Shown in pieces: positions 8,134 through 17,373 of a stretch of 32,000 nt of DNA (the first letter of the stretch is position 1; each line of letters starts with the position of its first letter). A program made the position numbers and the translations under genes. The DNA lies in NCBI RefSeq assembly GCF_029504745.1, contig NZ_JAQFIQ010000018.1, positions 1 to 32,000 on the forward strand, in the 5' to 3' direction. Below the pieces are notes generated by a model. The model was not told the DNA's origin. It saw only the letters and a list, made by a program, of their open reading frames with translations, and ran no database searches. Source of the DNA: Breznakia sp. PF5-3 (GTDB lineage: Bacteria; Bacillota_I; Bacilli_A; Erysipelotrichales; Erysipelotrichaceae).

Positions 8134-8162
8134 AGTATAGGTTGGCAAACCAACACATTCAA
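8134..8162 (-). promoter_or_regulatory. Sigma-70 promoter of the oxidoreductase operon, with a palindrome in the spacer
   Basis: Minus strand reads TTGAAT-gtgttggtttgccaacc(17)-TATACT. The spacer contains GTTGG-tttg-CCAAC. Confidence 0.55.
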
Positions 8163-8194
8163 GCATTGTTTATGCTGTTTTATGCGTGTTTCGA

Positions 8195-8938
8195 TTACAT
8201 TATTCGATTTTGTGAATACAAAGTTTTTATTTCTTTTATCTTTTCATCTTCACAAATTAAGATATCAATATCACTTAGATCTGCTACTTTATACTTTGAT
8301 CGTTTCTGAATTCGATTAGGTGTCGTTAGGACAACAACTTGATTTGCTGTTGCTATAAACTGTTGTTTAATACTAATTTCCACTTCAAAAGGGACACTAA
8401 TACCAAAATCTGCATCAATCGCATGAGCACCTAGAAAGCAAATATCTGGATGAAACATAGACAACTGTTGTGTAGCATTATATCCTACATTCGTCATTGA
8501 TTCATGTAAATAGTCACCACCTAAAACAATTACTTTTATATTTACATGATTTGCTAATTCATTAGCAATAGGAAAACTATTAGTCAAAACTTCTAACTTC
8601 ATATTCATTGGTAATAGTTTTGCTATCATCTTATTCGTAGAGCTTCCATCAATGGCAATCAATTGGTTTTCCTGAATTAAAGAAATCGCTTTTTTAGCTA
8701 CCTGGTACTTGGCTATACTTTCTTCTTGTTCTCGCTCAATATAATTAGCAACTGGAAGGTGATGTGGCAAAGCTCCTCCAAATACACGTTTTAGTAATCC
8801 TTGATTTTCCATCTCTTGCAAATCTCGACGAACTGTATCTTTTGAAATATGATATTCGCTGGCAAGGTCATTGACAATGACTTTCCCCTTCATCCTTAAA
8901 ACATTTAAAATTGCTTGTTGTCTTTCTTCTTTCAACAT
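8195..8938 (-). CDS. DeoR/GlpR-family transcriptional regulator
   Basis: N-terminal HTH ILNVLRMKGKVIVNDLASEYHISKDTVRRDLQEME plus a DeoR C-terminal sugar-sensor domain. Its SD (aggag) overlaps the stop codon of the upstream gene. Confidence 0.9.
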   Translation of the reverse strand: MLKEERQQAILNVLRMKGKVIVNDLASEYHISKDTVRRDLQEMENQGLLKRVFGGALPHHLPVANYIEREQEESIAKYQVAKKAISLIQENQLIAIDGSSTNKMIAKLLPMNMKLEVLTNSFPIANELANHVNIKVIVLGGDYLHESMTNVGYNATQQLSMFHPDICFLGAHAIDADFGISVPFEVEISIKQQFIATANQVVVLTTPNRIQKRSKYKVADLSDIDILICEDEKIKEIKTLYSQNRIM

Positions 8939-8947
8939 AGTTTACTC

Positions 8948-9763
8948 CTATAACGCTTGTAAGATCCTCATATAAAAAGTTTCTGGATCTTCATTTTCCT
9001 TGTTTTTTATAACGTTAATATGATAACTCTCTAAAATTGTTTCTAATTCGCTAATATCTTTAGGGTTTTCTGTATAGATATAAAAATAAATTGTGTTCTC
9101 ATTTTCATGTTTATGAAAATAACGAACTCGAGCATTTAACACTGCCCATATATCAATTTCACTATAATCCAATCCAAAGCCAATCATATGAACCTCTTTT
9201 AAAAACATAAAATCAATCCAACTATGATATGCTTTTAAAAAATCATCTTGTTCTATATATGCATTCATTTTACCAACTACTTTCGCATACATATTTTGCC
9301 CTAAAACAATACTTCGAGGATATTTAAGTTCCCCATGAACATGCCATATAGATTTATCTTCTACACAATTCCTTGTTGTAATACGATACACCTTTTCAGC
9401 AGCCATATCTGGAATTGTATTCTGTATTTTAAATTCTTTTTGCACACTATTTTCCAACGTATAATCATAGTTTGTTGTAATGATATTCGAAATCGACAAA
9501 TCCATTATTTGCTTATGAATTACAGTTGGTAACAAATGCTTCATTTTTTTAACTATTGCTTTTAATAAATCCCCTTCCTTAAATTGTAGATTTCGCTTCG
9601 AACGAAAATAAATTTCCTCATAAAGAACTGGAAAAGGTTTATTCCCATTCATGATTTCCTTATTCGTTTGCGTATCCTTTTTCAATTCTTCCAATAAATC
9701 CGCCCAAGAATATCCTGAATGAATCCGATTGATTCCATTCCCTACAAATAGTACCTTATCCAT
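8948..9763 (-). CDS. Stand-alone SIR2-like superfamily protein (SIR2_2 / DUF4917 / AbiH-like motifs), 271 aa
   Basis: Motif series VLFVGNGINR ... IITTNYDYTLE ... WHVHGE ... MIGFGLDYSEIDIW. This matches the G-x-G / TTNYD / HxHG / small-loop-D pattern of defence-associated SIR2-like NADase domains. No additional sensor domain is present. Confidence 0.75.
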   Translation of the reverse strand: MDKVLFVGNGINRIHSGYSWADLLEELKKDTQTNKEIMNGNKPFPVLYEEIYFRSKRNLQFKEGDLLKAIVKKMKHLLPTVIHKQIMDLSISNIITTNYDYTLENSVQKEFKIQNTIPDMAAEKVYRITTRNCVEDKSIWHVHGELKYPRSIVLGQNMYAKVVGKMNAYIEQDDFLKAYHSWIDFMFLKEVHMIGFGLDYSEIDIWAVLNARVRYFHKHENENTIYFYIYTENPKDISELETILESYHINVIKNKENEDPETFYMRILQAL

Positions 9764-9772
9764 AGTCGCTCC

Positions 9773-10396
9773 TTACGTTATTTCAAATCCTAGCATTTTT
9801 GCAATTATTACTGCTTGATCATAACGAATTTTAACATTTCTACAATCACGTAAATCTATTCCTAATGAATCAAACTCACAACTAGATAAGTCCAATCCTT
9901 TTATCACCGTATCATGTAAATCAACTTTATCAAGATTTGATTTTACAAACATTAATTCTTTATGTTCAACCTCTTGTAATGAGGCTTCACTTAAATCCGA
10001 ATTATGAAAACTCACATGAGTAAGATTACTAAGTGATACATTAGCATAATGCAAATTGGATTCATGAAATGCAACATTCTTCATTTTTGTTTTATAAAAA
10101 CTCGTTCCGATAAACTTACAATTTGCAAACCGTACTCGATAAAATAACGATTCATCAAATTGGACATTTGAAAAGTCTATCTTTTCAAAAATAACATCTA
10201 AACATTCAAGTTTTAATAATGCCTTATCTGCAAAAAAGCAGTTTTCAAATTTAACTTCATCAAATTTATTTGTTTCTTCTATCCCCTCAATATGACAATT
10301 CTTATAGTGTGTATTGCTCTTAATATCACTTATAGTTAACGCTTTATCATCTATGATTTCTTCATAATGCTCAATTGGATCTATCCGCTTTTTCAT
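9773..10396 (-). CDS. Pentapeptide-repeat protein of the Qnr/MfpA (DNA-mimic) type
   Basis: Continuous A(D/N)LXX-type repeats (NVQFDESLFYRVRFANCKFIGTSFYKTKMKNVAFHESNLHYANVSLSNLTHVSFHNSDLSEASL). The C-terminal tail YDQAVIIAKMLGFEIT resembles the tails of chromosomal Firmicute Qnr-like proteins. I chose the ATG at 10396 (MKKRIDP, SD ggagagg 6 nt upstream) rather than the track start at 10426. Confidence 0.85.
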   Translation of the reverse strand: MKKRIDPIEHYEEIIDDKALTISDIKSNTHYKNCHIEGIEETNKFDEVKFENCFFADKALLKLECLDVIFEKIDFSNVQFDESLFYRVRFANCKFIGTSFYKTKMKNVAFHESNLHYANVSLSNLTHVSFHNSDLSEASLQEVEHKELMFVKSNLDKVDLHDTVIKGLDLSSCEFDSLGIDLRDCRNVKIRYDQAVIIAKMLGFEIT

Positions 10397-10414
10397 ATTG
10401 TACCTCTCCACTCT

Positions 10415-10420
10415 ATTATA
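10415..10420 (-). promoter_or_regulatory. Perfect TATAAT -10 box upstream of the pentapeptide gene (weak -35)
   Basis: The minus strand reads tataat 18 nt upstream of the ATG at 10396. It overlaps the T-tract of the preceding terminator, and the -35 is poor (tagtta). Confidence 0.35.
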
Positions 10421-10451
10421 AAACAAAAAAGAGAGTATAACTATACTCTCT
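10421..10451 (-). terminator. Rho-independent terminator of the SipW fibre operon
   Basis: Minus strand reads agagagtat-agtt-atactctct followed by tttttgttt. It sits 39 nt after the stop codon at 10490. Confidence 0.75.
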
Positions 10452-10489
10452 ACATCAATACACTAATTTACTTGTATCTCTTACGTATT

Positions 10490-11185
10490 TTATTCATACG
10501 CATACTTCTTCTTCACTCTTAGGATAGTACCACATATAATAATGACCCCACTAATAATTAATACAATCCATATCTCTTCTATATTCACATCATCGCCTGT
10601 GCTAATTGTACCAGCTTTATCCGGTGTTTTCTCTGGTGTTTTATCTGGTACTTTATCAGGTGTTTTTTCTGGTGTTTGTGTTGCATATAAAACCCAATCA
10701 AATGATGCATTTGCTTTTTGAAATTCATTTGTGAATTTATCACCTGGAAAATAATAATGAATTGTTAGTAAAGATACATCTTCTACATGTATATATCCTA
10801 AATCAAGTCCTGTTTCAACACTATTGCCAAAAGCTTGTTTATCTTGAAACAAATTCCCCCTATATAAAGTTTTATCTTTATAAACAACTTCAATCTCCAT
10901 ATATTCCAACACTTCTTTAGGATTACTTTTTTCATTTTTGTGAAACAGGGTCAGATGATATGGTACATCTAACGTATTTGTAATCCTGAAAGAACGAGTG
11001 ATAACATCGCCTGGAAGAATTTTATCAGAGTAAACAAAGTTACCTGATGAATCCTTTTCTATTGTCAATCCATCACTATCTCCAACAACACTAACATCTG
11101 GTAATTCAATATCATTTGCTGAGATTGATATAAGAGAACTAGCGAATACTATGCTTATTACAAAAATCCATCGCCATTTCTTGAT
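10490..11185 (-). CDS. Secreted, C-terminally membrane-anchored TasA-like-fold protein with a TP(E/D)K stalk; probable non-ATG (ATC) start
   Basis: The track ORF starts at a TTG (11068). The same frame, however, is open upstream to a TGA at 11191-11189 and encodes a complete signal peptide, (I)KKWRWIFVISIVFASSLISISA/NDIELP. GGAGG lies 8 nt upstream of the ATC at 11185-11183. The C-terminus is TPEKTPDKVPDKTPEKTPDK-AGTISTGDD, then a TM helix, then RVKKK. Confidence 0.6.
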   Translation of the reverse strand: MKKWRWIFVISIVFASSLISISANDIELPDVSVVGDSDGLTIEKDSSGNFVYSDKILPGDVITRSFRITNTLDVPYHLTLFHKNEKSNPKEVLEYMEIEVVYKDKTLYRGNLFQDKQAFGNSVETGLDLGYIHVEDVSLLTIHYYFPGDKFTNEFQKANASFDWVLYATQTPEKTPDKVPDKTPEKTPDKAGTISTGDDVNIEEIWIVLIISGVIIICGTILRVKKKYAYE

Positions 11186-11220
11186 ATTTCACTCCTCCTT
11201 TCAAACTACGATTATTTAAA

Positions 11221-12144
11221 CTATTTTACAGTTACTGTTTTACCGCTAATTGTTGCATTCCATCCATTGTCATCCAATGCACTTTGGTCTGCTTGAATAG
11301 CTTCTAACATTGGTGTTACTTTAAATATTGCACCTTTGTATTCATTTCCTAAAGATGAAGCAAATTCTACTTTTTCAAGTAATGAAGTTGTTGTTTCATT
11401 ACCAGCTAATAATTTTGTATAGTAGTACCAACCTGTATTTGGATCTAATGACCAATCTGTAGAAGCTGTACTAGCAAACTTCAATGTGATTCCTGCATGT
11501 GCGAAATCTGCATCTGGTGTTGTTGTTTTTCCATGGAATCCTAATTTTGCATTTGTTGTATCTTGTACATAATATGCATATTTAAAAGTTTTTGCTACTG
11601 GATCATATTGAACAAGACGGTTTGTTCCATCATTTAGGTAAGCAAAATATTCAACTTTTTCTCCACCTGTACCATTTAAATCACTTTGTTTTCTTTCGAA
11701 AACCAACACTTTACTTGGAGCACCAACAGATGCAGTTACATCATTATATCCAGATGCTTTTAAATCAGCAATTTCACGATCACTCATCTTCACAATAATT
11801 TGATCTTTTCCTAATGTTGTACTTGTATTGTAGCCAATTTCAATATTACCAGCTTGATCCAATTCCATTAGAATTAATTCTTTTTTAATTTTTACACGTA
11901 CTGCAGCATCTGCATTACCTTTATTTTGAACCCCAACTTCCTTGTTGATTTCAGTTCCAGGAACTACTGGTTCTGGGTTAAATTTTTCCGTAATTACTAC
12001 ATCAAATACATCAAAGTTGAAAATATTTTCAATTTCATCCTTTGCTGTAAACCATAGGAATGTTGAAGATAGCACTAATACTAATGCAAGGACTCCAGCA
12101 CCTAACGTTATTTTACTCTTTTTTGATTTTTTGTTTTCGTTCAT
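11221..12144 (-). CDS. SipW-dependent TasA/BsaA (camelysin-like) family fibre subunit
   Basis: The basic N-region KKSKKSK plus the TM segment and the FTAKDEIENIFNFDVFDVVITEKFNPEPVVPGTEINKEVGVQNKGNADAAVRV motif are typical of SipW-cognate exported proteins. The ATG at 12144 overlaps the sipW stop (ATGA), with SD aggag upstream. The 26-codon N-terminal extension in the track is discarded. Confidence 0.75.
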   Translation of the reverse strand: MNENKKSKKSKITLGAGVLALVLVLSSTFLWFTAKDEIENIFNFDVFDVVITEKFNPEPVVPGTEINKEVGVQNKGNADAAVRVKIKKELILMELDQAGNIEIGYNTSTTLGKDQIIVKMSDREIADLKASGYNDVTASVGAPSKVLVFERKQSDLNGTGGEKVEYFAYLNDGTNRLVQYDPVAKTFKYAYYVQDTTNAKLGFHGKTTTPDADFAHAGITLKFASTASTDWSLDPNTGWYYYTKLLAGNETTTSLLEKVEFASSLGNEYKGAIFKVTPMLEAIQADQSALDDNGWNATISGKTVTVK

Positions 12145-12686
12145 ACTTTTTCTCCTTCTAATATATTCTTTTTTGAACTTCGGTTTTTTAATACTTTCAT
12201 TGATACAATGAAACCAATACAAGAAATAACCATAGTTATTACAACCATTACATTCCTTTTAACAAAAGAACTGATATACCCAACCATTGGTAATTTCCCT
12301 TTCACAACCCCTATTACACGCGTAGCTTGAACCGGAGGGTCAATCGATTTGTTTGCATCTCCTTGTGTAATAAAGATAGGATTGTCACTTGCTTCATCTT
12401 GTATTTCAACTACTCGGTGAGTAACCGTAACCTCACCATCATCACTCGCTGTATATGTGATGATATCGCCAACTTTTATCTCATTTGGCCTTCTCACTTC
12501 AACTATTAATAAATCGCCTTTGCTTATTTGGGGGCTCATACTTTCTGATAACGCATCATAGAAGCGATATCCAAAGATCGATTTATCTTGACTCCCATTC
12601 ATTGAGAATAAGAATGCAAACAATACTACTGCGAATATGATTGTATAAAATACAATGTTTCCCATAACTTTTAAAAACTTCTTCAT
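12141..12686 (-). CDS. sipW: Signal peptidase I, SipW (archaeal/ER) type
   Basis: N-terminal TM segment, catalytic SESMSPQISKGD (Ser) and VTHRVV (His), and the C-terminal TM segment typical of SipW. Confidence 0.85.
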   Translation of the reverse strand: MKKFLKVMGNIVFYTIIFAVVLFAFLFSMNGSQDKSIFGYRFYDALSESMSPQISKGDLLIVEVRRPNEIKVGDIITYTASDDGEVTVTHRVVEIQDEASDNPIFITQGDANKSIDPPVQATRVIGVVKGKLPMVGYISSFVKRNVMVVITMVISCIGFIVSMKVLKNRSSKKNILEGEKV

Positions 12687-12689
12687 ATC

Positions 12690-13349
12690 CTACCACCGTA
12701 CTGTACTTTCATTCTCAATTTGTGGTCGTTTTTTCCATAATTCATATATTGCATTACTATCAGAACTTACAATAAGTGCTTCCACTTTAAAGGTAAGTAT
12801 GTATTTTTCTTGTGCATATATAGACGGTAAATCACCATGCATAGTCAATGAATTTAGGATTGGCTTTGTTGTATCTCCAGCCTTTAATACCTTTGTATAG
12901 TAATAGTATCCATCATTTCCATTCACCCATTCTGATCCATTTCCATCTGCCCAATAATTCGTCCATTGCTTTGTTACTGTATCAACCTCTTGTGTTGATG
13001 GAATACCATCATGATCAAAGGTATTCGATAGTGTCTTATCGTTATGCCAATATTCTAGATAGGTACATCGAATAATAACATCGGCATTCCCACGATTAGA
13101 AAATTGTACTTTTTTGGTAGCTGCTGTTCCAGGCACCCAATCTTCTACTTTAGGAAAGTCTTCAATAATCGAAACTTGATAGTAAGGTAGACTTAATACA
13201 TTTTCTATTTCATCATCAACAAGCAACCATAAATAGCTTTCATCTACTGCAAATGTCAATGTCAGCAACGAGAACGAGAAGCAAAGTGATGCTATGAAAA
13301 ATACAGCTTTTTTAATTTTTCTTCTTAATCTTCGTTTCTTTCTTTTCAC
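12690..13349 (-). CDS. SipW-dependent TasA/BsaA-like family protein (paralog 1)
   Basis: Highly basic N-region MKRKKRRLRRKIKK plus a TM segment, then DDEIENVLSLPYYQVSIIEDFPKVEDWVPGTAATKKVQFSNRGNADVIIR, the same motif as in 11221-12144. GTG start with a GAGG SD. Confidence 0.7.
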   Translation of the reverse strand: MKRKKRRLRRKIKKAVFFIASLCFSFSLLTLTFAVDESYLWLLVDDEIENVLSLPYYQVSIIEDFPKVEDWVPGTAATKKVQFSNRGNADVIIRCTYLEYWHNDKTLSNTFDHDGIPSTQEVDTVTKQWTNYWADGNGSEWVNGNDGYYYYTKVLKAGDTTKPILNSLTMHGDLPSIYAQEKYILTFKVEALIVSSDSNAIYELWKKRPQIENESTVRW

Positions 13350-13359
13350 ATCATTTACC

Positions 13360-15153
13360 TCACTTCACTGCATTTACATCTTCTATTTTTGTTATTGAAT
13401 CTTCCAAAACCACAACAGTATCATTCACAATCATTTCCACTACTAATTCATTTTGTGGTGGTGTTGGATACATGTCTTGTTTTGCTTTCAATACAACATT
13501 TTTCTTTATGAATGCAGATGATTTTAGCTCTGATGGTCCCCATTCAATATATGTTCTTCCATTACTATCGGTTTTAATACGTCCATCCCCTGCAGATACA
13601 ACTTCAAAATTATCATCTATGTAATATTTCGTATAAACATTTTTAAAGTTTCCGGAAATAACACCTGAGAATAAATCAAATGCTACTCCTAACTCATCTG
13701 TTGTTGTTACTTTTCTAAAGTTTTTCTCAACTGGTGCAGATGTTACATTTTCCATAAATTCTTGAACTTTATTTCCTAATCTCAAATCGTTAGGATTAGT
13801 AGATACAGGATAAGATGTCGTATCAAATAATCCAATACTGAAAATCGTAGCTCCTAAACCTAAAGCACTTCGTACATAATTACCACCTTTTTCACTTGAG
13901 AATGTTTCAGGTGATGCTGGATAGCTAGGATCACCAACATAAGGAATATAACTTGTATTATATAAACTATATTGCGAATTATTACGTACACTTCGATAGT
14001 CTTCCCAGGTATATCCAGAACCTAGTTTCACACCATAATATGGAATCCACTGATTTGTGGCATTATTTCCATATCCTATGAAAGATTCATTTGTTGAAGT
14101 CGTTTGTCCTCTAACACCTTTTAATATATTCGCTTGATTTTGCGCTTCTGCCATAACTTGGAATGTATTATTCACATATGTATAAGCTTTACTCTTATAC
14201 CAATCATAGTTATTTGAAGAAGGTCCATAGGATGGAACTACCCCACCTGGAACTCCATCGGTAAACAAGACTACAAATCGCTCATTGCTTGATTGATTAC
14301 GTTTTTCAAGTTGACGCCTTGCTTCTTTAAATCCAAGATCTGTCATTGTAATACCATCTACTTCCCAACTATCAATAATCGAATGGACACTAGTTGTATT
14401 AATTCCATTCAATGTCGTCCAATCCATTGCTACATCTGCATAACGACTATAGGTAATAATGGATAGCTTACTGTCTGGATGTGCATCAATAGACAATGCT
14501 TTAACAAACTCTTTGGTTGTTTCTTTTACTAGATGTAAACGACTATATTTAGGATCTGAAGGGATTCCTTTATAATCAATGTCATACGCCATGGTAAATG
14601 ATAAATCGACAACGAACACGACATCTACAGGTCGTGGTTGTGCTGGTTTTGGTTGTATTTCAAGATCTATAGAATATAATTTTTCTTTACTCCACTGACC
14701 AGCCAATAATTCGTTTTGTATCGACGCAAAAGAATAAAACGTTGGTAAGCTAACTGCTTCTATTATTATATCCACTGGTACTGCTTTCCCATTTACAACT
14801 TCTACATTAAATTTTGTTGAATTAACTTGCTGCATATAATCAACACTTGTTCTTTTAATTCTTAAACCCATCGGTTCAACCAAAGTAACACTATAGGTAC
14901 CATCTGCTAAATTAAAAAATGGTTCATAATTTCCAACCTCTACACAAGAATTTGTATTGGTTGGACCTTCAATTTTTATACCAATTTCACTATTCACAGG
15001 AGTAGCACTTCCGCTAACCATATGCGTTACAAATATAATAGCTCCTGTCGGTTCATTCGCAGAAACTTTAGTATTTTTCATTTCAGGCATCACTGTGATA
15101 CAAGAAAGGAATACGATAAACATCAAGATACTTTTATAAATTTTTCTTTTCAC
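13360..15153 (-). CDS. Secreted von Willebrand factor type A (VWA) domain protein with an N-terminal Ig-like domain; candidate adhesin
   Basis: Sec signal peptide (cleavage near VSA/NE). MIDAS-like VDVVFVVDLSFTM and VVLFTDGVPG motifs. GTG start with SD aaaggagg. Confidence 0.85.
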   Translation of the reverse strand: MKRKIYKSILMFIVFLSCITVMPEMKNTKVSANEPTGAIIFVTHMVSGSATPVNSEIGIKIEGPTNTNSCVEVGNYEPFFNLADGTYSVTLVEPMGLRIKRTSVDYMQQVNSTKFNVEVVNGKAVPVDIIIEAVSLPTFYSFASIQNELLAGQWSKEKLYSIDLEIQPKPAQPRPVDVVFVVDLSFTMAYDIDYKGIPSDPKYSRLHLVKETTKEFVKALSIDAHPDSKLSIITYSRYADVAMDWTTLNGINTTSVHSIIDSWEVDGITMTDLGFKEARRQLEKRNQSSNERFVVLFTDGVPGGVVPSYGPSSNNYDWYKSKAYTYVNNTFQVMAEAQNQANILKGVRGQTTSTNESFIGYGNNATNQWIPYYGVKLGSGYTWEDYRSVRNNSQYSLYNTSYIPYVGDPSYPASPETFSSEKGGNYVRSALGLGATIFSIGLFDTTSYPVSTNPNDLRLGNKVQEFMENVTSAPVEKNFRKVTTTDELGVAFDLFSGVISGNFKNVYTKYYIDDNFEVVSAGDGRIKTDSNGRTYIEWGPSELKSSAFIKKNVVLKAKQDMYPTPPQNELVVEMIVNDTVVVLEDSITKIEDVNAVK

Positions 15154-15357
15154 ATTGCCTCCTTTGCAAACTAGGTATTAATGAATAACATATTCCATAC
15201 TAACTTGCATTCCTATCATAAACAAAGAAAAGCAATTCAAAATGTTTTTGTTATAAAAAAAGGTTTTTTTGTAATAAAATATAACAAATTATATAATTAA
15301 ATGTATAAGTAAATCATAACAAGTTTATATAATATCATTATTTTTTTATGAAATTCC

Positions 15358-15400
15358 AAAAAAAATGTAGCTTTGAGTATAGAACTCATTGCTACATTTT
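15358..15400 (-). terminator. groEL rho-independent terminator
   Basis: Long hairpin aaaatgtagc...gctacatttt directly after the stop codon, followed on the minus strand by a T-tract. Confidence 0.8.
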
Positions 15401-15403
15401 TAA

Positions 15404-17044
<1,641 letters not shown>

Positions 17045-17326
17045 TTATTTTAAAATTGCCAATATACTCTCTTCTGCAACGATTGAATAATCTTTATCCT
17101 CGTATGTAATTGAAGTTGCTGCATATTCTTTATATACAACCTTATCTCCTTCTTTTACTTGCAGGGGAACCAATTTCCCATCAACAAATTTTCCCTTTCC
17201 ACATGCTACTACCGTAGCGATACTAGGTGTTTCTTTAGGACTACCACTTAAAATAATCCCACTCGAGGTCTTATTTTCAACCTCTTCTTTTACAAGTATT
17301 ACATTATCATGTAATGGTTCAAACAT
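17045..17326 (-). CDS. groES: Co-chaperonin GroES (Cpn10)
   Basis: 93 aa. Contains PLHDNVILVKEE...SGIIL (mobile loop). It lies 21 nt upstream of groEL. Confidence 0.96.
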   Translation of the reverse strand: MFEPLHDNVILVKEEVENKTSSGIILSGSPKETPSIATVVACGKGKFVDGKLVPLQVKEGDKVVYKEYAATSITYEDKDYSIVAEESILAILK

Positions 17327-17341
17327 ATAATTACCTCCTTT

Positions 17342-17368
17342 TTAGCACTCTCAACCATCAAGTGTTAA
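17342..17368. promoter_or_regulatory. CIRCE operator (HrcA site) no. 1, in the groES 5' UTR
   Basis: TTAGCACTC-tcaaccatc-AAGTGTTAA against the consensus TTAGCACTC-N9-GAGTGCTAA. The left arm is perfect and the right arm has 2 mismatches. Confidence 0.75.
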
Positions 17369-17373
17369 TAGAT

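Noticed and set aside
10615-10680. Short regularly spaced direct repeats considered as a possible CRISPR or other non-coding array
   Set aside because: The period is 12 bp with no spacers, and it lies in frame inside a CDS, encoding a TP(E/D)K proline-rich linker. No CRISPR-like repeat-spacer structure exists anywhere in the window.
12145-12222. A 26-codon N-terminal extension of the 333-aa ORF, overlapping sipW by 82 nt
   Set aside because: The internal ATG at 12144 has a strong SD and an ATGA overlap with the sipW stop, and it yields the canonical basic N-region. The extension (MYWFHCINES...) is simply the sipW 3' end read in another frame.
15328-15357. tataatat...ttatgaaatt upstream of the fibre operon, resembling a half-site of the 1541-1576 palindrome (a possible shared LuxR regulon)
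   Set aside because: Only an 8-mer and a 10-mer are shared, and they are separated by 10 extra nt in an extremely AT-rich intergenic region. That is not distinguishable from chance by eye.
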